Assembly (NCBI GenBank): GCA_964016885.1
Contig: OZ024743.1
Span: 3,038,001-3,102,000 of the forward strand
Origin: Eledone cirrhosa
Taxonomy: Eukaryota
Direction of reading: 5' to 3'
DNA: 64,000 nucleotides
The notes under the pieces: generated by a model
What the model saw: the letters and a program-made list of their open reading frames with translations, nothing else
Databases searched by the model: none
Told to the model about the DNA's origin: nothing
Made by a program: the position numbers and the translations under genes
Shown: positions 49,846-62,053 of the stretch, piece after piece
Layout of the letters: every line of letters begins with the position of its first letter
How positions within the stretch are numbered: position 1 is the stretch's first letter

Positions 49846-50440
49846 TACTGATGGGGTGATACCATACATGTATTACAATTGTCTGTATTATATGTATTTT
49901 GGTTGACTGATACTGGAGCTTGCTAAGGCCAAGGATGCTGGCAACTAATTATCCAGTGAAGATTTTTATTTTATGCATAACAACACATATGCACACATGT
50001 CCCTCTGTAAGCTGAAGACACAACTAACATCCTAGTGTTGTAGGCTGGTGCCATGATAAAATCTACCCAGATACTTGATAAAGTTATAATGTGGTGTCCC
50101 AATAAAATGCTCTCAATCTACATTGTAAAGTGGAAGTAGTGGTGCCATGGAAAAAAACAGCCAGTTCAGCCAGTAAGTTGATTATGCTGGGACCACAATT
50201 ATTAGCACCCAGACCACACTATAGAGTAGTGGTGTTAGTGTCATGATAAAAAGCACCTAGTTTACTCTGTAAAGTAGTAGTGGTGGTGCTATGATAAAAT
50301 TCTTCCAGAAGATTCTGTAAAATGGTTGGTTGGCATTAGGTAAAACATCCAATCAAAGAAACCATATAAAAAATGGAGCTAGACATAGACACAGAATATG
50401 GCAACATGTCTACGCCACACAAGCTTGAAAACTAGACGTT

Positions 50441-53400
50441 GCTAGAAATAGCAGCCAGAACACCCTCAAATCACAATTTACTGTCTTATATATATTGACA
50501 TGCTAGAAATAGCAGCTAGATCTGCCTCAAATCATACTTTACTGCCTTATATATTTTGACAGGCTAGAAATAGCAACTAGATCTCCCTCAAATCACACCT
50601 TATTGTCTGATGTATCTTGACATGATAAAAATAGCAGCTAGTTCTCCCTCAAATCACACTTTACTGTCCTATATATCTTGACATGCTAGAAACTGCAGCT
50701 AGATCTCCCTTAAATCACACTTTATTGTCTTATATATCTTCACATGCTAGAAATAACAGCTACATGTACCTCAAATCACACCTTATTGTCTTATATATAT
50801 CTTGACATGCTAGAAATAGCAGCCAGATCTCCCTTAAATCATACTTTACTGTCTTATATATCTTGTCATGCTAGAAATAGCAGTCAGATCTCCCTCAAAT
50901 TACACTTTACAGTCTTATATATCGCAAGATGTTAGAAATAGCAGCTAGATCTCCCTCAAATCACACATTATTTTCTTATATATCTTGACATGCTAGAAAT
51001 AGCAGCGAGATCTCCCTCAAATCACATCTTATTGTCTTATATATCTTGACATGCTAGAAGTAGCAGCTAGATCTCCCTCAAATCACACCTTATTGTCTTA
51101 TATATCTTGACATGCTAGAAATAGCAGCTAGATCTCCCTCAAATCACGCTTTACTGTCCTATATATCTTGACATGCTAGAAATAGCAGCTAGATCTCCCT
51201 CAAATCACACCTTATTTTCTTATATATCTTCACATGCTAGAAATAACAGTTAGATCTCCCTCAAATCACATCTTATTGTCTTATATATCTTGACATGCTA
51301 GAAGTAGCAGCTAGATCTCCCTCAAATCACACCTTATTGTCTTATATATCTTGACATGCTAGAAATAGCAGCTAGATCTCCCTCAAATCACATCTTATTG
51401 TCTTATATATCTTGACATGCTAGAAGTAGCAGCTAGATCCCTTCAAATTACACTTTACTGTCTTATATATCGCGACATGTTAGAAATAGCAGCCAGATTT
51501 CCCTCAAATCACACCTTATTGTCTTATATATATTGGCATGCTAGAAATAGCAGCTAGATCTCCCTCAAATCACACTTTACTTTATTATATATCTTCACAT
51601 GCTAGAAATAGCAGCTAGAACTCCCTCAAATTACACTTTACTCTCTTTTATATCTTGACATGGTAGAAATAGCAGCCAGATCTCCCTCAAATCACACTTC
51701 ACTGTCTTATATATCTTGACATGCTAGAAATAGCAGTCAGATCTCCCTTAAATCACACTTTACTGTATTATATATCTTGACATGCTAGAAATAGCAGCTT
51801 GATCTCCCTCAAATTACACATTACTGTCTTATATATCGCGACATGTTAGAAAAGACTGCAGCAGTCCGTCTTGCCAGAAAAGAACGGCGCAATGCTGAAC
51901 GTGAGTACAAACTTCACAAATCAGACATTAATAGGAAGAGGCAAAATAGATCGTCCAACCACCTCAAACAGGTGACAAAAAAGGCAGTGCTTCAATTTGA
52001 GCAGTGCATAGCAACCAGCCCTGACAGTAAGGTGTTCTGGAAGTATGTTCACTCAAAGCAGAGGCCTCACTCTCCAGTTGGTCCTCTTTGCAATCCCCAC
52101 ACAAGCCAGGTTACTGACGACCCCAAGGAGTGCGCAGAGCTCATTGCTGAATGCTATGCAGGCATTTTCATTATTGAAGACCAGAGTGTGCCATCTCCAC
52201 CACCTATGACACCGGACTCTATTACAACCATGGAATTTACACCTGCAATGCTGCGACGTCACCTAAAAAATAAACACAACCATGCCTCTCCTGGTCTTGA
52301 TGGTGTTACGTACCTGCTTCTTAAACGTGGTGGGTACTTCCTTCTACACCAGTTATCACACTTCTTCCAATTCTGTCTGAACAACAGTGCTACTCCAGAA
52401 CAGTGGAAAACTGCCAGTGTCATTCCTCTGTTCAAAAAGGGTGACCGCACATCACCTGTGAACTATCGTCCAGTCAGTCTTACTAGTTGCATCGCCAAAC
52501 TGATGGAATCCTGTGTCAGAGAAACACTTTGGAACTTCTGGAGCTCTCACAGTCTTATCCGGCCCTCGTAATTTGGATTTATCCCCAACTCCAGCTGCTG
52601 TGATCAACTTAAAGAGTTTCTTGAGGACATCACCCGGATCACTGATGGCGGCTCATGGGTGGATGTTGTTTACCTTGACTTTGCGAAGGCCTTCAGTTCT
52701 GTGCCACACAAAAGGCTTATGGCAAAACTCTCTGCAATGGGTGTGAAGGATGATCTTTTTAACTGGTTGAAGTCCTTCATTCTCAGTCGAAGAGAGGTAG
52801 TCACGGTTCTGGGACAGCATTCCTCACCATATGAGATGTCATCTGGTGTACCACAGGGATCTGTTCTTGGCCCCCTTTTGTTTGTGGCATATATTAATGA
52901 CATAGATGCCAACTTAAGGAATGCCACAGTACTAAAGTACGCAGACGACATCAAGCTGTACTTTGAGATAAAAAGGATAGATCCTGAACACTATAGATCG
53001 TGCTTGCAGTCTGACCTGGATACAATGCAACAGTGGATCTCAGACTGGCAACTCAAGCTAGCTGTGGACAAGTGCACCACCATGCATTTTGGGAGTAAAA
53101 ACCCAGCGTCCACATACTCCCTCCACAGCACTAATATCAAGAAGTCTTCCTGTGAATGTGACCTGGGCATTACGGTCAGCAGCGATTTGCTTTGGACGAG
53201 GCACGTCTCTAAAATTGTCAAGAGGGCCGAGGGTGTCTTAGCATCACTCAGCAAGACCTTTGTCAGCCGCTCTCCAGATATCTATTTACAGCTATGGTGC
53301 GACCACACTTAGAATTTGCATCACCTGTCTGGAAACCCTATCTTGCTCAGGACATTGACCGCCTGGAAACTGTTCAGAGACGTGCAACCAAGCGAATACC

Positions 53401-55220
53401 CTCCATCAGGCATCTACCATACTCTGAGCACCTTGCTTCCCTGGGCATGGATTCATTGAAGCTCCGACGCCTGGCAACTGACTTGGTAAACACCCACAAA
53501 ATCGTTAACCATGTTGCCAACAACAACCCTGAGTACCTTTTCGATTTCCATGTGTCTAACACACGTGGACATGCCCACAAAGTAAGAAAACAGCACAGTT
53601 CCCATGACTTTCGGAAACATTTTTCACGCTCAGAGTTGCTGAAGCATGGAACAAACTACCTGCATCAGTTGTTAGCTGTCGAGACACTGCATCCTTTAAG
53701 GCCTCCATGCTTCCCGAGATCCGCCAACAGAACAGCTAACACATACACACATGTACTTCCCTGACATTTGTGTATTATTCTATGTACTATATTGACGAGT
53801 TGCAGTGTACCTGAGCACTTTACACAATAATTTCATTATTATTATTATTTAAATAGCAGCCAGATTTCCCTCAAATCACACCTTATTGTCTTATATATAT
53901 TGACATGCTAGAAACTGCAGCTAGATCTCCCTCAAATTACACTTTATTGTCTTATATATCTTGACATATTAGAAGTAGCAGCTAGATCTCCCTCAAATCA
54001 CACTTCACTGTCTTATATATCTTGACATGCTAGAAACAGCTGCTAGATCTCCCTCAAATCACACTTTACTGTATTATATATCTTGACATGCTAGAAATAG
54101 CAGCTAGATCTCCCTCAAATCACACTTTACTGTATTATATATCTTCACATGCTAGAAATAGCAGCTAGATCTCCCTCAAATCACACTTTACTGTCTTATA
54201 TATCTTGACATGCTAGAGGTAGCAGCTAGATCCACCTCAAATTACACTTTACTGTATTATATATCATGAGATGTTAGAAATAGCAGCCAGATTTCCATCA
54301 AATCACACCTTATTGTCTTATATATCTTGACATGCTAGAAATAACAGCTAGATTTCCCTCAAATCACGCCTTACTGTCCTATATATCTTGACAAGCTAGA
54401 AATAGCAGCTAGATCTCCCTCAAATCACACCTTATTGTCTTATATATCTTGACATGCTAGAAGTAGCAGCTAGATCTCCCTCAAATCCCATTTTATTGTC
54501 TTATATATCTTGACATGCTAGAAGTAGCAGCTAGATCTCCCTCAAATCCCATTTTATTGTCTTATATATCTTGACATGCTAGAAACTGCAGCTAGATCTC
54601 CCTCAAATCACACCTTATTGTCTTATATATCTTGACATGCTAGAAATAGCAGCTAGATCTCCCTCAAATCACACCTTATTGTCTTATATATCTTGACATG
54701 CTAGAAGTAGCAGCTAGATCTCCCTCAAATTACACTTTACTGTCTTATATATTGCGACATGTTAGAAATAGCAGCTAGATCTCCCTCAAATCACACTTTA
54801 CTGTATTATATATCTTGACATGCTAGAAATAGCAGCCAGATCTCCCTTAAATCATACTTTACTGTCTTATATATCTTGACAAGCTAGAAATAGCAGCTAG
54901 ATCTCCCTCACATCACACTTTACAGTCTTATATATCTTGACGTGCTAGCAATAGCAGCTAGATCTCACTCAAATCACGCTTTACTCTCTTTTACATCTTG
55001 TCATGCTAGAAATAACAGCTACATGTACCTCAAATCACACTTTACTGTATTATATATCTTCACATGCTAGAAATAGCAGCTAGATGTACCTCAAATCACA
55101 CTTTACTGTCTTATATATCTTGACATGCTAGAAATAGCAGCTAGATCTCACTCAAATTATACTTTACTGCCTTATATATCTTGACATGCTAGAAATAGCA
55201 GCTAGATCTCCCTGAAATCA
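50441..55220. repeat. 61-bp minisatellite, about 45 units in two blocks (50441-51852 and 53851-55220)
   Basis: Unit gacatgctagaaatagcagctagatctccctcaaatcacac(c/t)tta(t/c)tgtcttatatatctt. Confidence 0.97.
51853..53850 (+). mobile_element. 5'-truncated CR1-like LINE inserted into the minisatellite
   Basis: ASPGLDG, NYRPVSLTS, YLDFAKAF, SGVPQGSVLGP and KYADD. One in-frame stop (52569) and frameshifts. (ATT)n tail; the repeat unit resumes in phase. Confidence 0.93.
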
Positions 55221-56379
55221 CAAGTTCTGGAACTTCATTTCCCCTCTGAAATACTAACACACCCGTCCTGTCTCGCCGTAGCCTAAGTCCTAGCGCGGCT
55301 CCTCCCTCCAACATTTCTGACGGCTTCGCAGCCAGTCCATACCCCTGTAAACGGCTCGTGACCTCCGCTGCCGACACTACAGACTCGTGCACTAGGATGT
55401 TGTTAATGTAGGAATTAGTGGCTCTCTTCATCTTGTCGGCCTTTCCCAGAATGGTCTTGAGGACCGCCGCCATGATCTTCGGTGCGGGGCTCAGCCCGAA
55501 ACCGAGCCTGGTCAGGCAATATGTCTGGCCCTTATACCTGACCAGCTGATACTGCCAGAGCTTCTCATCTATGTGTAATTGTAAGTATGCCGACTTTAGA
55601 TCAACGATTGCTGAAGCCTGCCGTCTTGCGTCTCCACTCACGCAGGGTTTCCTCACAGACATCCATGACCTCGCCACCCGTGTGACATGATACGTGCTCG
55701 TTCAGCTCCCAAAAGTCCAGTACCGGCCTCACCTTGTTCTTCGTGGGTTATGCCACCACCATTAACGGCAATACTCCGCACTTCACCTCCTCTTTCTAGG
55801 GAAGCAGTATCCCCTAATCAATCCATCTCTCTACCTCTCGCTCGAACTCGCTCCTAATGTCTCCCTTCAATGTGTGTTGATAGCAGCCCACTCTGGTCTT
55901 CAGTGTTGGTGGTTCTCCCTTCCAGTACCACTCAACAACCCATCGCTGCCCATCGAACACGGCCTTGAAGTCTTTGTCCTGTACAGTGTAAGCAGGATAT
56001 TTCTCCTCACGGGCCTTCTGGTTCTCCTGTCGCGTACTCACAGCGCATACCGATGCAGCGCCGCCAAATGACACACTGATGTTGTTCACTGTAACGCCTC
56101 CCAGATGGCCAATTGTATCCATGCCCATAACCACGCCGATCCTATCCACCACATTGTCGACTACTATGGCAGAAAGCCTTATTTTCTTTCCCCGTACCGC
56201 CATCTCCACCTCGCTGCGACCTCAGCATTCAATTTTCCTTCCGTGGACTGCCCTTACGCTGCTCTTCCCTCTCCACCTCTGCGCCACCCCCGCGGCCACC
56301 AGTGCCGTCGTACAGCCTGTGTCCACAAGGGCTTGCTGTGGCTTTCCCCTCACGAAAACTTTCACCACGAGCAGCGCCT

Positions 56380-57144
56380 CTACTCGTAAGGGGCAACTAC
56401 CGGCGCAGTAGTTCCCCTTGGATCGTTTCCCTGGTCGCAGCTATTAGCGATGTGGCCTGGTCGCTTACACCGGTAGCATATTATTTCTGGCCTTGACTCT
56501 CTACAGTCTCTCGCCATGTACGGGCCCTGGCACTTAAAACAGCGACCTCTAAACGTTCGCGGGCGACCGTGTGCCGTGGTTGCCTCCCTTTCACCATTTC
56601 GCTGCCGGCTGCCTTGGGCCTCTGTCATTGCTATCTCTGCGACACTCTTCTTGGCATCTTCTGCTATGATGCGGGCTTGCTCCACCAGTGCACGTGTCTC
56701 CATTTCTTTGTAACCCAGGACTTGCTGCAGTTTCACTGCTATGTCGTCTGGAAATCCATTTATGAATGCCAACCGCACCGTGCCTTCACATTCCATCTGA
56801 TATCCAGCCAACATGGCCAATCGCCCTATTTCTGCTGCGAAAATGTCAACGCGTTCACCGTTCCATCTAATCCTTGCCAGCTTAGCAAAATCGGCTAATG
56901 GTCCTTCCACGAACGCTTCCATCATACGCCTCTCAATCTTTTGCGCATTCCTTTGGCTGTGTTCATCTATCTCTAGGAAGAGTGCCAACGCATCCCCCTC
57001 GAGGTACAGTGCCATGAGGCCAACCACATCTTCTATCTTCTGTAAGCTTGTGAGCAGCCGGACTTTTCGCACCCAAGCGACAACATCGCCTTCACCGGTA
57101 AATGCTCTAATTGCTTCTCCGCTCATTCGTAATCTCGTCGCCAT
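56380..57144 (-). CDS. gag: Gag with two zinc knuckles (one degenerate)
   Basis: 254-aa ORF with CFKCQGPYMARDC and CYRCKRPGHIANSC, 15 nt downstream of the LTR. Confidence 0.8.
   Translation of the reverse strand: MATRLRMSGEAIRAFTGEGDVVAWVRKVRLLTSLQKIEDVVGLMALYLEGDALALFLEIDEHSQRNAQKIERRMMEAFVEGPLADFAKLARIRWNGERVDIFAAEIGRLAMLAGYQMECEGTVRLAFINGFPDDIAVKLQQVLGYKEMETRALVEQARIIAEDAKKSVAEIAMTEAQGSRQRNGEREATTAHGRPRTFRGRCFKCQGPYMARDCRESRPEIICYRCKRPGHIANSCDQGNDPRGTTAPVVAPYE
56388..56431 (-). promoter_or_regulatory. Programmed -1 ribosomal frameshift signal (gag-pol)
   Basis: G GGA AAC in gag phase, 5-nt spacer, then hairpin aagggg-aactac-tgcgccg-gtagtt-g-cccctt. The -1 frame reads through to ALVDTG. 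Confidence 0.85.
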
Positions 57145-57639
57145 ATCCTAATTTTGTCTTGTGGTAAGTAATAAAAAACAACAGACACCTCTCTGTTTTT
57201 CCAGTAGCTTTGTTTTCGAGAAAGTTCTTTTATTTATTTTTTTTTTTGATCAATCAGATCTCAGTTTCCAGTGCCGAAAAAGCTACCTCACTTACCGCTT
57301 TCGCTGGCATTGCTAATCCAATGGCTGGTTTCTCCTCTCCCACATACGTACAATCCAACTTGTTAACCGGGAGCTCTAAAACTGACGTCCACCACGTTCG
57401 CTGACCACCCTAGAGAGAGGCAGACCTGCTGGCCCTTCCGGTCAACCACTCCCCAGCCTCCGGCCACCGCACACCACACCATACCCACATAAAATAAATC
57501 TTGCTGGTTCCCAACGACAGAATTTATCTATCAAACTATCTTATGGGCGATCTGTCGATTTTGAGAATGTAAGCAATACCTGTCTTTTCTTTATTCTGTA
57601 GTCTCCTCAATTAAGCAGCGTTTTAAACTCTCATTGGCA

Positions 57640-57760
57640 CTACCATGCTATTAGCTGTCAGAAGTGAAAGTAGGCGAAGGTGACGTCATTCGTCAACCTT
57701 CTCACATTGTTTATTTCTGTATTACCACGCGTTATTTTAATAAAGCATATCGATGTAAGT
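57640..57760 (+). promoter_or_regulatory. Possible promoter / first non-coding exon of the zinc-finger gene
   Basis: CRE palindrome TGACGTCA at 57681-57688 in a CpG-containing patch; donor-like GTAAGT at 57755; acceptor-like tttcAG at 60420-60421. Inference only. Confidence 0.3.
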
Positions 57761-57830
57761 GGAGTTACTTAAATGAAAATATAGGTGGCCCTTAAAAGGG
57801 CCAAATTAGAAACAAATTAGAAAACACATT

Positions 57831-58700
57831 TTTAAGTTAATTAGAAAACAAGTCATGGTTATCAAATAAATTGGATTTAATCATTTATATTTTCATAGTC
57901 ATGGTTATCAATGTAGAAAACAAGTCATTTTCACCAACAGTGGAGTTAATTTAAATGAAAATATAGGTGGCCCTTAAAATATAGGTGGTCCTTAAAAGGG
58001 CCAAATTAGAAAACAAATATGGTTATCAAATTTTTTTCACCAACCCTATACATTTATGAAGAAATGTTTAGAAAACAAATTTTTTTCACCAACCTTATTC
58101 AAAAGCATGGATACAGTCCACATGGAGACAAGAGACAGTCCCCATGGAGATTGATGGTATCTGCTGTAGTAGCGGTCGCAATGGAAAGATCATGATGGTT
58201 AATTCCATTAACACTTGGGTATATTGTAGAATTCATATTTTTCAACTTGCAAATGCGTGTATTATCACAAAGTGAAGATTAAAGTTTATTTATTTACACA
58301 TGGTGTTAGTGATGATTGTTGCTGATTGGTGGGGATTGTCTCCATGGGGACTGTCTCTTGTCTCCATGTGGACTGTATCCATACTTTTGAATAAGGTTGG
58401 TGAAAAAAATTTGTTTTCTAAACATTTCTTCATAAATGTATAGGGTTGGTGAAAAAAATTTGATAACCATATTTGTTTTCTAATTTGGCCCTTTTAAGGA
58501 CCACCTATATTTTAAGGGCCACCTATATTTTCATTTAAGTTAACTCCACTGTTGGTGAAAATGACTTGTTTTCTACATTGATAACCATGACTATGAAAAT
58601 ATAGTTCATGGTATTAGCTGTCAGAAGTAACTCCACTGTTGGGAAAATGATTAAATCCAATTTATTTGATAACAATGACTTGTTTTCTAATTAACTTAAA
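57831..58700. repeat. Foldback inverted repeat with 265-bp inner arms (57886-58150 / 58339-58603) and ~55-bp outer arms
   Basis: The arms are reverse complements with about 2 mismatches by eye; the spacer is 188 bp. Confidence 0.93.
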
Positions 58701-58754
58701 TTTGTTTTCTGACGCATGCACATCGTGGCAGATATTCCCTCGTTGTTTTTAAAT

Positions 58755-59105
58755 GGAGACGCAGTTGGTTGAATGGTGAAAGAGTTCACTTAGTAATCAT
58801 TTGGTCTCGAATTCGATCCACAGCATAACATCTTGGGCATGTGTCATTTAACATAGCTTCGGTTTGACCCATGCCTTATGAATGAAATTGGGTAGACGGA
58901 AACTGTTTGGAAACCCGTCTGATGGACTGTACCTTATAATTCAAAGGATCAGCCTTGTCACTCAGTGTCATTCTGAATCTCCCTGAGAATTACTTTATGG
59001 GTACACCTGTCTGTGGAATACTCAGCTACTTACACATCATTTTCATGAACAGACTGTTCTGTTGATGAAACAACTAGAACACTGATCGTCACAAATGACG
59101 GAGGT
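58755..59105 (+). mobile_element. Decayed tRNA-derived SINE with a Nin/Deu-like central domain
   Basis: Degenerate A and B boxes, ggtagacggaaactg, and the body gaatctccctgagaattac...gggtacacctgtctgtggaatactcagc, recognised from memory of cephalopod SINEs. Confidence 0.55.
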
Positions 59106-60402
59106 CCATCGATTCGATTTGTTGATGTTTTTATTTTTCATGACTACCTTCTGATCCACAAATTGACATTGAAATTGAGGAAATCGTCCCTGTCTCAAAA
59201 TTGATTAGCGAATTTTTCATTTTATTTAGTTAGTTTCTATTGTCCACCTCTTTTTGATAGAATTATGAAAGTGTTTCTTAAGTACATTACTGGGTTCAGA
59301 ATATCATTGATTTTATTCTTGCTAGTCCATTGTTTGTGACATACTCATCTTATTGATATTCAGTTTTGATAACAATTTTGCTTAATGAACGCTATCAAAT
59401 CGACATATTTGATTCTGATATTCTATCTATAGTCTCGCAACGCGCACACAAACTGTCTATATATATGCATCTATATTCAGTTTTCCTCTCACCTCACCTA
59501 TACATCGTTGTCCATGCACATGGTTATTACACATCCGAACCTTCTCATATCCCCTGCAAATAGTGTTCATATTTCACTACCATGCAACATCATATTTGAT
59601 GCACAGACATAGTACAAGCCTACCAAATGAGGTACTAACTCCTTCTACTTTTTTCACCCAGTTCTTATTTTAGGCACTAACCTTTCAGAGTTCTTTCTTC
59701 CACTGCTAATTAAATCGAAGTAACAAAAGATATAATTACTTATATGGAACCTTCTTTGTATTGGGAAGAATTTATTTCACTGGTGAGATTGATGCAGTTG
59801 ATATCCAGCATGAGCATGTTATGTTCAACAACATAAGCCGGAAGGGAACTGGAGTTCTGGTCAGAATATTTACCATAAGATAAGGTGTTAAGACTTACCT
59901 TAGATATGTTCTTGTGTAATTGCTGTCACTCATAGAGTTACGTCACTTTACATTCTGAGTTCAAATCCCACTGAACTTAGTTTTGCTTTTCATCCTTACT
60001 GGGTTGGTAAAGTACCAGTAATGCACTGGAGTCAATTTAGTCAGAAACCATATTTGCTCTCACTAGAATAAACTGATTTGGAAGGTTTGATCTGTTGGCG
60101 TAACCTAGGTAAATGAACATAAGCAACACCTGTGTCAGTATGGACAAATGTTTCACCCCTGTATAATTCATGCATCAAATATTTTGTATAGTAAACCTAT
60201 CTACATATATTGTGTACAATAAATACAGCTAGAAATATTGTATGTTTTAGTACAGTATAATCCCATCTATATTTTTTTAGCTCCCAGCTGCTCCTTGAGT
60301 GATATAGTGTTAGCTTTTTAAACTGTTATATGCAGATCTGTTATATGCAGATCTGCTATAAATATTTAGTTTTATGTTTCTTAGATTCTCGTAGTTAATT
60401 CC

Positions 60403-62053
60403 ATGTTTTCCTGTATTTCAGGAGATATTTCCATCTTGAAAACTATATTTCTAAATGAAGCCGTTATCATTGAACAGTTAGCCATAATCTGCACTACTGT
60501 GACTATTATGAGTTCTGTGGTACAGAAACATACTAGCATAATGGAAAACAGCATAGTTAATGCAGTAAAGGGAAAATACTCATGTAAACGTACTGGACTG
60601 AAATCATATAACTGTGACATATGCAGCAAGGTATTTTTGTACAATAGCTATTTAAAAACACATAAACTTGTTCATGCAGCAGAGAAACCATACAGCTGTG
60701 ATGTCTGTGGTAGAGCTTTCAGACAGGATTCTCACCTAAAGATGCACAAAAGGATACATACAGTAGAGAAACCATTCCAATGTAAAATCTGTGGTAAATC
60801 TTTCTCACGAAATGGTACCTTGAGAAACCATATATCAGTTCATTCGGGAGTGAAACGATTCTGTTGTGAAATTTGTGGCAAGTCTTTCTCAAGTAATGTT
60901 GTATTAAAGCAACATATGGTGCTTCATACTGGAGATAAACTATACAAATACAACATCTGTGATGAAGCATTCTCAAGAAAAAATCAGTTATCCAGGCATA
61001 AAATGGTTCATACTGGTCAGAAACCATTTCACTGTGAAATTTGTGGTAAAACATTTTTCAATAGAAGTCTCTTAATGAAGCATGGTATGATTCACACAGG
61101 AGAAAGCCCATATTGTTGTGATATCTGGTAAAATATTTGCATACAACAGTATTTTAAAGGACCACCAACTTGCTCATACTGTAGAAAAGCCATACAGTTG
61201 TAATGTTTGTGGTAAAGCTTTCAACAGAAATTCTTCACTAAAGAGGCATATAATGATTCACACAGGAGAGAAACCATTCCACTGTGAAATTTGTGGTAAA
61301 ACCTTTATAATTAATAGTTTATTAAAGCAGCATATGTTAGTTCATACTGGAGATAAATTGTACAAATGTGAAATTTGTGATGAATCATTCTCTAGAAAAG
61401 GTGAATTTACTAAGCATAAAATGGTTCACAATGGAGTGAAACCTTACTACTGCAACTTTTGTGGTAATACTTTCTGGAGTAATGCTGACTTAATGAAACA
61501 TAAGATGGTCCATAGAGCAGAATCTTATGCTTCTAATCCACAAGGGTGTAATATATGTGGTAAAATATGTGCAAGACGTCAAAATTTAAAGAGACATAAA
61601 CTCCTTCATACAGGAGAGAAACCCTACTGTTGTGAAATCTGTCGTAAATCATTCTCATGCAAGGATTACTTAAAGAACCATAAACTAATTCATACTGGAG
61701 TGAAGCCATACAGCTGTGATATTTGTGGGAGAGCATTTTTATTGAAAGCTAACAGAGATAGACATAAAAAAGTTCACACAGGAGAGAAACCATACCACTG
61801 TGAAATTTGTGGTAAAACTTTCTCAGAAAATTCTACTTTGAAAGGCCATAAATTAGTTCATTCGGGAGAAAGGCTCTATGAGTGTGAGATTTGTCATAAG
61901 ACTTACTTATGTATTAGAGATTTGAATAAACATTATGTAATTCATACAAACAAGACACATAAATGCGAAATCTGTGGTAAAACCTTCTGGTATAAAAGTA
62001 ACTTAAATCAGCATAGCATGGTTCACACTGAAAAGAAATCACCATCATCATGA
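60403..62053 (+). pseudogene. Tandem C2H2 zinc-finger gene (17 fingers) with a 2-bp frameshift; pseudogene, null allele or assembly error
   Basis: Overlapping ORFs 60403-61131 and 61118-62053 with CxxC...HxxxH and TGEKP-type linkers. Finger 7 reads tgt gat atc tgg taa instead of tgt gat atc tgt ggt aaa. Likely start at ATG 60508. Confidence 0.85.

Larger units (their letters stand above)
55221..57478 (-). mobile_element. 3'-truncated Ty3/Gypsy-like LTR retrotransposon (5' LTR, gag, protease, partial RT)
   Basis: LTR 57160-57478 with TGTGGT...ACCACA ends, gag, ALVDTG protease, and RT motifs DLKSAYLQ and RLGFGL with a decayed YIDD. Stops in pol. Confidence 0.88.

Noticed and set aside
50441-55220. 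CRISPR-like array (also considered for 13543-13706 and 15771-16020)
   Set aside because: Units are contiguous with no unique spacers, the context is eukaryotic and there are no cas genes.
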